Source: Actinomycetales bacterium (GTDB taxonomy: Bacteria; Actinomycetota; Actinomycetes; Actinomycetales; Microbacteriaceae). Taken from it: DNA of 64,000 bases. The notes beneath the pieces are model-generated. The model ran no database searches and was not told the DNA's origin. It worked only from the letters and a program-made list of their open reading frames with translations. Where the stretch lies: NCBI GenBank assembly GCA_038251725.1, contig JBBSBA010000006.1, positions 4,308-68,307 of the forward strand, in the 5' to 3' direction. Within the stretch, counting starts at the first letter, position 1, and every line of letters starts with the position of its first letter. The position numbers were made by a program, and so were the translations under genes. Positions 45,435 through 54,592 of this stretch are shown piece after piece.

Positions 45435-46229
45435 CTAGCCGGCGAGTTGGAGCCTGAGTTCCTTGAGCTTCGAGGCGACACTGTCATCGATGACGTCATC
45501 GCCGACCTGCACTCGCAGGCCGCCGATGAGGGCAGGATCGACATGCAGGTTGAACTTGAGGTCGCGACCGAACTGTGCCGCGAGGCCCTTCTGCAGGCGC
45601 TCGAGCTGCGCGGCCGGGATCGGCGTCGCGCTCGTGATGAGCGCCACGGAGAATCCGGCCTGGTCGGCAACGATGGACGCCGCGGTGCGAAGCAGTTCGC
45701 CGATGCGCCGGCCACGCGGCTGCTGCATCAGGTGCCGCACGATGGTGAGGGTCTGCGGCGAGACCTTCTTCGCGAGCAGTTCGTCAACGAGCGCCACCTT
45801 GGCTTCGGTGCTTCCCAGCTTGCTGCTCACCGCGAGTTCGAGTGCCGCGTCCGAGGAGACCGCGTTGCCGAACGCGAAGATCTCGCCATCGATGTTCACG
45901 TCCGCCGGAGCCGACGAGGCCGCGGCGCGCAGCCCGAGCTCCTCGATGCCCGCGAGCAGGTCGTCAGTGCTTGACCAGCGATTGGCCACAACGACACCGA
46001 GCAGCGTCACGGTCGAGGCACTGAGCCCGGCCCCGAACACCGCGGTGATGATCGCGCGCTTCTGCGACACGTCAGCAGACGTGTCGGTGAGCATAGCCTC
46101 GAGCTGAGCCGAGCTGCCGATGATCCGGCCGGCCGAGAACAGTTCTTCGGCAGTGGCCAGGTCGATCGTGCCCATGGACGAAAGTTCCGCCCGTGAGGCG
46201 GCGAGTGCTTCCCTGGTCGCTGACCCCAT
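45435..46229 (-). CDS. atpH: ATP synthase F1 delta subunit (long actinobacterial form)
   Basis: MGSATREAL start, VDPALIGGLRVQVGDDVID; operon position. Confidence 0.95.
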   Translation of the reverse strand: MGSATREALAASRAELSSMGTIDLATAEELFSAGRIIGSSAQLEAMLTDTSADVSQKRAIITAVFGAGLSASTVTLLGVVVANRWSSTDDLLAGIEELGLRAAASSAPADVNIDGEIFAFGNAVSSDAALELAVSSKLGSTEAKVALVDELLAKKVSPQTLTIVRHLMQQPRGRRIGELLRTAASIVADQAGFSVALITSATPIPAAQLERLQKGLAAQFGRDLKFNLHVDPALIGGLRVQVGDDVIDDSVASKLKELRLQLAG

Positions 46230-46231
46230 AG

Positions 46232-46783
46232 TTAGTTGACCGACTTCTTCGACTCGGACTTCTCGAGATCGGCCAGGAACTGGTCGACCAGGTGTGAGGC
46301 CTTGGCGTCGTCGGTGAGGCTCTGCCCGATGACTCCCGAAGCGAGGTCGATCGCGAGCGATCCGACCTCCGAGCGAAGCGACACGAGCGCCGACTGGCGC
46401 TCGGCCTCGATCGTCGCCTGAGCGTTCGCGGTGATGCGTGCCGCATCCGAGGTCGCCTGCTCCTTCAGCTCGTTCAGGATCTTGGTGCCCTCCTGACGCG
46501 CGTGGTCACGAATCTGTGCCGCCTCCGCACGGGCCTCGGCGAGCTGCTCGTTGTACTTCTCGAGAGCAGCCGCGGCGGCCGCCTGGGCGTTCTCGGCCTT
46601 CGTGATTCCACCCTCGATGAGCTCGGCACGGGTGTCGAGCGTCTTCTGCACGGACGGAAGGACCTTCTTCCAGAAGAAGGTGAAGAGGACCACAAAGATC
46701 ACCGCCGACCACACCAGGTCTGGAATCCCGGGAATCAGGGGATTGGGCGTCCCGGCTGCTGCCGAGAGAACTGTGGGAAGCAT
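46232..46783 (-). CDS. atpF: ATP synthase F0 b subunit
   Basis: NPLIP + TM helix + coiled coil. Confidence 0.95.
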   Translation of the reverse strand: MLPTVLSAAAGTPNPLIPGIPDLVWSAVIFVVLFTFFWKKVLPSVQKTLDTRAELIEGGITKAENAQAAAAAALEKYNEQLAEARAEAAQIRDHARQEGTKILNELKEQATSDAARITANAQATIEAERQSALVSLRSEVGSLAIDLASGVIGQSLTDDAKASHLVDQFLADLEKSESKKSVN

Positions 46784-46785
46784 TT

Positions 46786-47076
<291 letters not shown>

Positions 47077-47081
47077 TTAGT

Positions 47082-47903
47082 TCAGTGCTCGTCTGCCAGC
47101 GCGAGCTGGAGGTAGACAGCGGTCAAGATGGTGAAGACGTACGCCTGCAGTACCGCGACGAGAAGCTCGAAGAGCGTGAAGATGAATCCGAACGCCAGGG
47201 TCCCGATTCCGAATAGCTTGAACAGGCCGGGCGCCTCGAAGAAGAAGAACGACGTCGCGAGGAAGAACAGGACGAGGAGCAGGTGGCCGACGATCATGTT
47301 CATGAGCAGTCGGAGGGTGTGGGTGACCGGGCGCACGACGAAGGTGGAGAGCACCTCGATCGGCGTCACGATGATGTACAGCACCGCGGGCACCCCGGGC
47401 GGGAAGAGCGCATTGCGCAGGAACTTGCCGGGGTGCTTGCGCAGGCCGGCGTAGATCCACGTGAAGTACGCGATTCCCGCGAGCAGCAGAGGAACTCCGA
47501 TCACCGACGTTCCGGCCATGTTCAGCCCGGGAACGGCTCCGGTGAGGTTCATCGCAACGATCATGAAGAAGAACGTCGTGAGGATCGGCAGGAAGCGCTT
47601 GCCATCCTTCTTGCCGAGCAGGTCTTCCGCGATGCCGACCCGGACGAAGTCAAGGCCCATCTCGATGAGCGACTGGGTGCGACCGGGAACAACCTTCATG
47701 CGCCGGGTTCCGGCCCAGAAGACGACCATGATGACGATGGCGACGAGGATCCGGATGAGCATGACGCGGTTCAGCTCGAACGGCGTACCGGCGAAGAGCA
47801 CCACCGGGGGGAAGAATTCGCCGATATTGGGACCGACAAAGCCCCCGCCGGTGTCGCCTTCACTGGCGAGTGGGAGGATCAGATTGAGAGCGTTGAATAG
47901 CAG
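47082..47903 (-). CDS. atpB: ATP synthase F0 a subunit
   Basis: RPVTHTLRLLMNM, ELLVAVLQAYVF. Start uncertain: SD-preceded CTG at 47903 or TTG at 47930. Confidence 0.95.
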   Translation of the reverse strand: MLFNALNLILPLASEGDTGGGFVGPNIGEFFPPVVLFAGTPFELNRVMLIRILVAIVIMVVFWAGTRRMKVVPGRTQSLIEMGLDFVRVGIAEDLLGKKDGKRFLPILTTFFFMIVAMNLTGAVPGLNMAGTSVIGVPLLLAGIAYFTWIYAGLRKHPGKFLRNALFPPGVPAVLYIIVTPIEVLSTFVVRPVTHTLRLLMNMIVGHLLLVLFFLATSFFFFEAPGLFKLFGIGTLAFGFIFTLFELLVAVLQAYVFTILTAVYLQLALADEH

Positions 47904-47998
47904 CGCTGACTCCAGAATCGGGGCGTGCAATCACGCGTCGAGAAGAAGGGGGGGCGTTCGGAATACAGCCTATCAAGAGAATGACAGGTTTCGAACCT

Positions 47999-48514
47999 CT
48001 ACTCCGGAGCGATGGTGCTTTCGGACGGCTCGGAGGCGACCTCCGGGACGCCGGCACGATGTGCCTCCGCGGTGCTGGAGTCGGTCTCTCCGGGCAGGCT
48101 GATGTCGCTCACGTAGGGCATCCGCGAGCGAGCGATGACCACGACATCGACGATCAGCGTGCCGACAACCGCGACGACGACGGTGAGGAAGAGAATCTGG
48201 GTCTGAATCCACGGCTGGTCCTTCAGCAACACGATCAGCACGATGAAGATCACCAGCTTGAGCAACCACGCGCCCATGACGATGCCGAAGAACGCGACGC
48301 TGAGGAGGTCGCCCTTCGCCACCTTCGTCGCCAGCACGATGCTCGCCGCGGTGATGCCGAGGAAGACCACCGCCATCGCCGTGCCGATCAACGCGCTCGT
48401 GAGCCCCACTCCCCCGGCGAAGACCAGTCCGATCACCGAGCCGACCACCGCGATCACGACCGCGAGGATTCCCCCGTAGGCGAGGATGCGCTTGAGGATG
48501 GGGATGGCGCTCAT
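47999..48514 (-). CDS. Four-TM membrane protein upstream of atpB (AtpI-like position)
   Basis: Four hydrophobic helices; start overlaps the wecA-like stop. Confidence 0.75.
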   Translation of the reverse strand: MSAIPILKRILAYGGILAVVIAVVGSVIGLVFAGGVGLTSALIGTAMAVVFLGITAASIVLATKVAKGDLLSVAFFGIVMGAWLLKLVIFIVLIVLLKDQPWIQTQILFLTVVVAVVGTLIVDVVVIARSRMPYVSDISLPGETDSSTAEAHRAGVPEVASEPSESTIAPE

Positions 48515-49824
48515 GGGGTTTCCTTCGTGCTTGTGGCCTGGCCAGCCGGAGGTTCGCCTTGTGCCGAGTCCCGGGTCAGGGAGGAGAGTGCGACCTCCGA
48601 TGCGGCCTCGAGTTTCGCCTGCTCATCGGAGTACGCGTTGTAGGCCGCGTCGAGCGGATCGAAGCGGCTCACGTTCGCTCCGCGGGCCTCATCCGGCCTC
48701 GCCAGCTGAACGGCGGCCTCGACCAACTTGCGCCGGGTGAGCGGCGCGAGTGTGTAGGCCGTGCAGATCACGAGGCCCACGATCACGAACAGCACGCCCC
48801 AGACGGCGTCGAAGAACAGGAAGAGCAGGCATCCGATGGAGACCACGGCCGTCCAGGCATAGAAGATCACCACGGCCTGGATGTCGGAGTGCCCCATGTC
48901 GAGCAGACGGTGGTGCAGGTGCTTACGGTCGGCGCTGAATGGCGACTTGCCGGCCCGGAGCCGTCGGATGACCGCGAGTGAGAAGTCAAGCAGCGGGATC
49001 AGCAGGATCGCGAACGGCAGCAGGATCGGGATGAAGGCGGGGATGAGCTGCTTGGCGAATTGGAGGTTTGCGATATCCACCTGCCCGGTGACCGAGATCG
49101 CGGATGTCGCCATCATGAGTCCCACCAGGAGGGCGCCGGCGTCGCCCATGAACAGCTTGGCCGGATGCCAGTTGAGCGGCAGGAAGCCCACGCAGGCGCC
49201 GATGAGCACCGCGGAGATGAGAAGGGCGAGGTTGAAATATTCCGTTGCGGCTATACGCGTGACGAGGATGTAGCTGTAGATGAAGAAGGCGCCGTTGGCG
49301 ATGATCGCGACGCCGGCGACGAGGCCATCCAGCCCATCGATGAAGTTGATCGCGTTCATCACGAGGACGATCGCAAACACCGTGACGAGGAGGCCAGTGT
49401 AGGAGGAGAGCACCACGATGCCGCCGACAATTGGCAGGGTCGTCAGTTGCACTCCCTGCCAGGCCAGCAGCCCCGCGGCGATGAACTGCCCGGCCAGTTT
49501 GGTGACCCAGTCGAGGTCCCAGATGTCGTCGGCCACGCCGATGAGAACGATGATGAGCGCGGAGCCGAGGATCGCGAAGATCGGACCGGGCTTGGCGAAG
49601 ATGAGATAGAACTGCGGCAGTTGCGACGCGACCCCGAACGCGGTGACGATGCCGATGAACATGGCCACACCGCCCAGGCGGGGCGTCGGGTGTGTGTGCA
49701 CATCGCGCTCGCGGATCGCCGGGTACAGCCGGTACTTCATGCCGAGGCGCGCAATCACCATCGAGAGCAGGAACGTGACGACCGCGGAGAGTCCGCCGGC
49801 AGCAACGTAGATGATGAGTCTCAC
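48511..49824 (-). CDS. MraY/WecA-family glycosyl-1-phosphate transferase
   Basis: PRLGG, GVADD, NAINFIDGLDGL, FMGDAG, DRKHLHHRL. Confidence 0.93.
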   Translation of the reverse strand: MRLIIYVAAGGLSAVVTFLLSMVIARLGMKYRLYPAIRERDVHTHPTPRLGGVAMFIGIVTAFGVASQLPQFYLIFAKPGPIFAILGSALIIVLIGVADDIWDLDWVTKLAGQFIAAGLLAWQGVQLTTLPIVGGIVVLSSYTGLLVTVFAIVLVMNAINFIDGLDGLVAGVAIIANGAFFIYSYILVTRIAATEYFNLALLISAVLIGACVGFLPLNWHPAKLFMGDAGALLVGLMMATSAISVTGQVDIANLQFAKQLIPAFIPILLPFAILLIPLLDFSLAVIRRLRAGKSPFSADRKHLHHRLLDMGHSDIQAVVIFYAWTAVVSIGCLLFLFFDAVWGVLFVIVGLVICTAYTLAPLTRRKLVEAAVQLARPDEARGANVSRFDPLDAAYNAYSDEQAKLEAASEVALSSLTRDSAQGEPPAGQATSTKETP

Positions 49825-50531
49825 GAGGCGGTCTCGTCGCGCTCACCCTCGGGAACGGTTGCGGAAACCGTCGCGAGAACCGCCTCGATGGCCTCGTCCG
49901 GGATGACCCCGTGGCGCACGATGCGAAGGCTCCCGCCCTCCCGGAGCAGCCCGGTCGCATCCACGATCGTCGAGCCGAGGCTGGCGTCATCCTTGTAGTC
50001 GATGCCGACCTCGCCGCCGTCGAGGTAGATTCCGACGCTGTCCCCCAGCATCCGCACGGCGTCGCCAACGGTGCGGGCGGCCGGTTCCCCGGTGAGGTTG
50101 GCCGAGGAGACGGCGAGAGGGCCGGTCTCCGAGAGGAGTTCGAGGGCGATGCGATTGTTCGGCATGCGGAGGGCGACGGTGCCGCCGGTTTCGCCGAGGT
50201 CCCAGTTGAGCGACTCGCGTGCCGGCAGGATCACGGTGAGTCCCCCGGGCCAGAACGCGGCGACCAGGGCGCGCACCTCGGGCGGAACGCTCTCGGCGAG
50301 GGCGTCAAGGGTCGGGATGCCCGGGATGAGCACCGGCGGAGGCGACTGGCGGGTTCGACCCTTGGCGTCGAGAAGGCGTTGCACCCCGTCCGGGTTGAAG
50401 GCGTCAACGGCGAGGCCGTACACCGTGTCGGTGGGCAGCACGACGAGCTCTCCGCGGCCGATGGCGCCCCGTGCGAGTCGCATACCGGTGAGAAGCTCGT
50501 TCTGCTCCGAGCAGTCGTAAGTCTTCGCCAT
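49821..50531 (-). CDS. tsaC: L-threonylcarbamoyladenylate synthase (Sua5/TsaC)
   Basis: PTDTVYGL, KGR, FWPGGLT, SSANLTG; start ATG 50531. Confidence 0.94.
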   Translation of the reverse strand: MAKTYDCSEQNELLTGMRLARGAIGRGELVVLPTDTVYGLAVDAFNPDGVQRLLDAKGRTRQSPPPVLIPGIPTLDALAESVPPEVRALVAAFWPGGLTVILPARESLNWDLGETGGTVALRMPNNRIALELLSETGPLAVSSANLTGEPAARTVGDAVRMLGDSVGIYLDGGEVGIDYKDDASLGSTIVDATGLLREGGSLRIVRHGVIPDEAIEAVLATVSATVPEGERDETAS

Positions 50532-50625
50532 GTCGGTAGACATCCTACTTCGACCACTCTGGAAGCCGGCGGCGGGCGGGGGCAACGAACCGGCCTGAGA
50601 TAATCGGGTGACCGGTTGGAGCAAG

Positions 50626-51255
50626 GTGGACCTGTATTTCTTCGATTTCGACAAGACGCTCTACGCGTTCGACTTCCGAGCGCGACTCCCGGCACTCAGC
50701 CTGCTCTCCGGCGTGAGTCAATACCGCATCGCGAAGAACTGGTGGGAGGGCGGCCTCGAGACACGGGCCGAGGCCGGGGAATGGCCGACGTCCAGCGAAT
50801 ACCTTGCGCAGTTCGAGAACGTGACAGGTGCGCACCTCACGCTCGAGAACTGGCGGGAGGCTCGGGCGCTCGCGAGCACGGCGATTCCGGCCAGCGTCTC
50901 GGCCCTGAGGCGGGCATCCACCCTCGGCACCGTGTCGGTGCTGTCGAACAACCCGTCACCCTTCGCGGAGGCGTTCCCCATGCTCGCGCCCGATGTCACC
51001 GCCATCGTCGGCGAGAACCGGCTGGTGAGCTGCCAGCTCGGTGTCCGCAAGCCCGCGCCTCGCCTGTTCGAACTCGCCCTCGAACACTACGGCGCGCGCG
51101 CGGAGGACACCTTCTTCGTGGATGACTCAGCCGACAACGTCGCGGGGGCACGGTTCGTCGGGATCCACGCCCACCAGCTCGTCTACGTCGACGGAGTCCC
51201 CCAGACGGACGACCTCGACACTGCCATCACCCGATTCGCGAACAGGAACGCCTGA
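50626..51255 (+). CDS. HAD-superfamily hydrolase (paralog 1)
   Basis: FFDFDKTL, LSNN, RKP, FFVDD..NV. Confidence 0.88.
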   Translation: MDLYFFDFDKTLYAFDFRARLPALSLLSGVSQYRIAKNWWEGGLETRAEAGEWPTSSEYLAQFENVTGAHLTLENWREARALASTAIPASVSALRRASTLGTVSVLSNNPSPFAEAFPMLAPDVTAIVGENRLVSCQLGVRKPAPRLFELALEHYGARAEDTFFVDDSADNVAGARFVGIHAHQLVYVDGVPQTDDLDTAITRFANRNA

Positions 51256-51899
51256 TGCTGCTCTTCATCTTCGACATGGACGATGTGCTCTACGGCTACG
51301 ACTGGAGAGTCCGAATGGCCGGGATGACCGAACTCACGGGCCTCTCGCTCGAGCAGTTGCAGGCCAAGTGGTGGCACGAGCACGGGGAGCTCGCCGCCGA
51401 GGCCGGAGGATTCGCGACGGCCGGCGAGTACCTCGCCGCCTTCAACGACGCTATCGGCGTCGAAGTGCTCGAGGCGGACTGGGTACGAATCCGGGGATCG
51501 GCGATGCAGCCCTGGCGCAAATCGATCGCGGCCGTTCGCCGAGCGGCCGAATTCGGCCGGGTCACCCTGCTCACCAACAACGGACCACTGACCGGCAAGT
51601 ACCTGGCACAGCTGGCTCCCGAACTCGTGCCGGTCTTCGGCGGCGACCACCTCTTCACGTCGAGCGACTACGGCGCGCGAAAGCCCGAACCGGAGGTCTT
51701 CCTCGGGGTGCTCGAGCGCTACGGGGTTGCTGCGAACGACACCTTCTTCGCCGATGACATGCCGGAGAACATCGCCGGCGCGCGCAGTGTCGGGATCATC
51801 GCCCACCACTTCACCACTGCGACGGCGCTGCTCGAGGCGATCGAGGAATTCGGCGCCGAACGAACGGCATCGGTCGAACCGACGAAAGAATGGAACTGA
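51255..51899 (+). CDS. HAD-superfamily hydrolase (paralog 2)
   Basis: FDMDDVL, LTNN, RKP, FFADD..NI; TGATG coupling to paralog 1. Confidence 0.88.
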   Translation: MLLFIFDMDDVLYGYDWRVRMAGMTELTGLSLEQLQAKWWHEHGELAAEAGGFATAGEYLAAFNDAIGVEVLEADWVRIRGSAMQPWRKSIAAVRRAAEFGRVTLLTNNGPLTGKYLAQLAPELVPVFGGDHLFTSSDYGARKPEPEVFLGVLERYGVAANDTFFADDMPENIAGARSVGIIAHHFTTATALLEAIEEFGAERTASVEPTKEWN

Positions 51900-51901
51900 G
51901 C

Positions 51902-52546
51902 ATGCTCGACCAGGCGACCCTCGACGAACTCTGGCTGTTCGACGACCCGGCCACGTCCGAGGCCCGGTTCCGGCTGGAGCTCGAGCGGGGCGGACCGTGG
52001 AATGACTCGGAGCGGGCGGAACTCACCACCCAACTCGCGCGATCCATCGGGCTGCAGGGGCGGTTCGACGAGGCCGCGGCACTGCTGATCGAACTCGATG
52101 ACCCCTCCGCGATCGTGGGGGTGCGGGTGCTGCTCGAGTCTGGCCGGTTCATGAACAGCTCCGGGCATCCGGATACCGCGGCGGGTCTCTTCCGCCGGGC
52201 CGCCGAGATCGCGGCGCGGGCCGGCCACACCTTTCTCGAGATCGACGCCCTGCACATGCTCGCGATCGTGGATGCCCCCGGCGCGGAAGACTGGACCGCC
52301 AGGGCCGTCGACCTGGCCGAGGCGTCCTCCGACGACCGCACGAAGCGCTGGCTGGTGTCGTTGCACAGCGATCTCGGCTGGCAGCGGCTCGAGGGTGGGG
52401 ATGCCGAGGCCGCCCTTGCAGAGTTCACCGAGGCCGGGCGGTGGGCCGCCGCTGTCGGCACGGATGAGCAGCGCCAGTGGACGCTCGAGGCGATCGCGGA
52501 GTGCACGGCGGCCATCGAGGCCGCCGAGGCCCAGCCTCACGATTGA
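51902..52546 (+). CDS. All-helical TPR-like hypothetical protein
   Basis: LWLFDDPATSEARF, TQLARSIGLQGRFDEA, LHSDLGW; TPR-like periodicity. Confidence 0.7.
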   Translation: MLDQATLDELWLFDDPATSEARFRLELERGGPWNDSERAELTTQLARSIGLQGRFDEAAALLIELDDPSAIVGVRVLLESGRFMNSSGHPDTAAGLFRRAAEIAARAGHTFLEIDALHMLAIVDAPGAEDWTARAVDLAEASSDDRTKRWLVSLHSDLGWQRLEGGDAEAALAEFTEAGRWAAAVGTDEQRQWTLEAIAECTAAIEAAEAQPHD

Positions 52547-52622
52547 TCGCTTTCGGGACGGTTGCTGCCGCGCGCCGCGCCACAGTCGCGCCGAAGGGAA
52601 ACAATCGTGTCGCGGACGCGAA

Positions 52623-53501
52623 TCAGCGCAGGGCTGTCGTCGCGCGATCGCGACCGAGGAGATCCGGATGCGTCGCGATGGCACGCCAGCCGTCGGCGCG
52701 CAGCAGGGCGGCGATGTCGGCGGCCTGAAGCTCGCCGTGCTCGAGCACGAACGTGCCGCCCGGATGCAGCAGCCGCCGTGCCGTGCGGGAGACCAGACGC
52801 ACGACATCCAGTCCGTCGTCGCCGCCGTAGAGCGCGTGCTCCGGGTCGAACAGGCGCACCTCGGGGTCGCGCGGGATCGCCCCGGCCGGAATGTAGGGCG
52901 GGTTCGAGATGACGACCGCGACGGTGCCGTCGAGTTCGGGCAGCGCCTCAGCGAGGTCGATGAAGACGGCGCGAGCGTTCTCGGCGCCGCTTTCGCGGAA
53001 GTTCCGACGGGTCCAGGGAAAGGCATCCGGAGAGTTCTCCACGCCGATGACGCGCGCGTGCGGCACCTCGGTGGCCATCGCGAGGGCGATCGCGCCGCTT
53101 CCGGTGCCGAGGTCGACACCGATCGGCTCTGGGGTGGCCGCCGAGCGGAGGGCGTCAATGGCGAACTGGGCAACCTGCTCGGTTTCGGGGCGCGGCACGA
53201 ACACCCCGGGGCCGACGGCGAGTTCGAGCGAGCGGAATGGTGCACGGCCGGTGATGTGCTGGAGCGGTTCGCGCGCCGCGCGCCGGTCGACGAGGGCCGA
53301 GATGGTGGCGGCGTCGTCCGTCGACACCGTCGTGTCGGTGATCGCCTTCGCCTGCACCTGACCCCGGCTCAGGTCGAGCACGAAGCCGATGAGCAGTTCG
53401 GCGTCCGCGTCGGGCGACGCGACGCCCGCACGGGCGAGAAGTTCGGTGGCACCCGACAGCAGGTCGCGGATCGAGCGCAGGGAGGGATCCACTGGCAGCA
53501 C
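52623..53501 (-). CDS. prmC: Release factor glutamine methyltransferase
   Basis: REPLQHI, VFVPRPETE, DLGTGSG, SNPPY. Confidence 0.96.
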   Translation of the reverse strand: MLPVDPSLRSIRDLLSGATELLARAGVASPDADAELLIGFVLDLSRGQVQAKAITDTTVSTDDAATISALVDRRAAREPLQHITGRAPFRSLELAVGPGVFVPRPETEQVAQFAIDALRSAATPEPIGVDLGTGSGAIALAMATEVPHARVIGVENSPDAFPWTRRNFRESGAENARAVFIDLAEALPELDGTVAVVISNPPYIPAGAIPRDPEVRLFDPEHALYGGDDGLDVVRLVSRTARRLLHPGGTFVLEHGELQAADIAALLRADGWRAIATHPDLLGRDRATTALR

Positions 53502-53503
53502 GG

Positions 53504-54589
53504 TCAGGAGGCGTCGGTTTCGCCGAGCATGGCGAGTCTTGCCTCTTCATCCGCCTCGATATCGCTCTGGATCACGGCATCGAGCGCGCCGTTCATCACG
53601 GCCTCGAGGTTGTAGGCCTTGTAGCCGGTGCGGTGGTCGGCGATGCGATTCTCGGGGAAGTTGTACGTGCGGATGCGCTCTGACCGGTCCATCGTGCGGA
53701 TCTGGCTCTTGCGCACGACGGAAGCCGCGGCGTCGATCTCCTCCTGCTGACGCGCGAGCACGCGGGCGCGCAACACGCGCATGCCGGCCTCACGGTTCTG
53801 CAGCTGGCTCTTCTCGTTCTGCATCGCCACCACGATCCCGGTGGGGAGGTGGGTGATGCGAACGGCGGAGTCGGTGGTGTTCACCGACTGGCCGCCGGGG
53901 CCGCTCGAGCGATAGACGTCGATCTTGAGATCGTTCTGGCTGATCTCCACCTCTTCAGGCTCATCCACCTCGGGAAAGACGAGCACGCCGGCCGCCGAGG
54001 TGTGGATTCGACCCTGCGACTCGGTGGCCGGCACACGCTGCACGCGGTGCACACCGCCCTCGTACTTGAGGTGCGCCCAGACGCCCTCCGCGGGGTCGCT
54101 GGAGTTGCCCTTGATGGCGAGCTGGACATCCTTGATGCCGCCGAGGTCGCTCGAGGTCTGCTCGATGATCTCGGTCTTCCACTTCTTGGACTCCGCGTAG
54201 TGCAGGTACATGCGCAGGAGGTCGCCGGCGAAGAGCGCGGACTCGGCCCCGCCCTCCCCCATCTTGATCTCCATGATCACATCGCGACCGTCGTTCTCGT
54301 CGCGCGGGATGAGCAGCCGGCGCAGGCGCTCCTCCATCACCTCGAGTGCGGCCTTGATCTTCGGCAGTTCCTCGGCGAACGACTCGTCTTCCGCCGCCAT
54401 CTCGCGTGCGGCTTCGAAGTCATCGGTGAGTTTCAGCCAACGGTTGTAGGCGTCCACGATTCGACTGAGCTCGGCGTAACGCCGATTGACCTTCTTTGAC
54501 TTGGCCGGGTTGGAGTGGAGTTCCGGATCGGCGAGCTGCTCCTGAAGATCCGCATGCTCGGCCAGCAAAGTCTTCACTGACTCGAACAT
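53504..54589 (-). CDS. prfA: Peptide chain release factor 1
   Basis: GGQ in [27 protein letters not shown]. Confidence 0.97.
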   Translation of the reverse strand: MFESVKTLLAEHADLQEQLADPELHSNPAKSKKVNRRYAELSRIVDAYNRWLKLTDDFEAAREMAAEDESFAEELPKIKAALEVMEERLRRLLIPRDENDGRDVIMEIKMGEGGAESALFAGDLLRMYLHYAESKKWKTEIIEQTSSDLGGIKDVQLAIKGNSSDPAEGVWAHLKYEGGVHRVQRVPATESQGRIHTSAAGVLVFPEVDEPEEVEISQNDLKIDVYRSSGPGGQSVNTTDSAVRITHLPTGIVVAMQNEKSQLQNREAGMRVLRARVLARQQEEIDAAASVVRKSQIRTMDRSERIRTYNFPENRIADHRTGYKAYNLEAVMNGALDAVIQSDIEADEEARLAMLGETDAS

Positions 54590-54592
54590 GGG

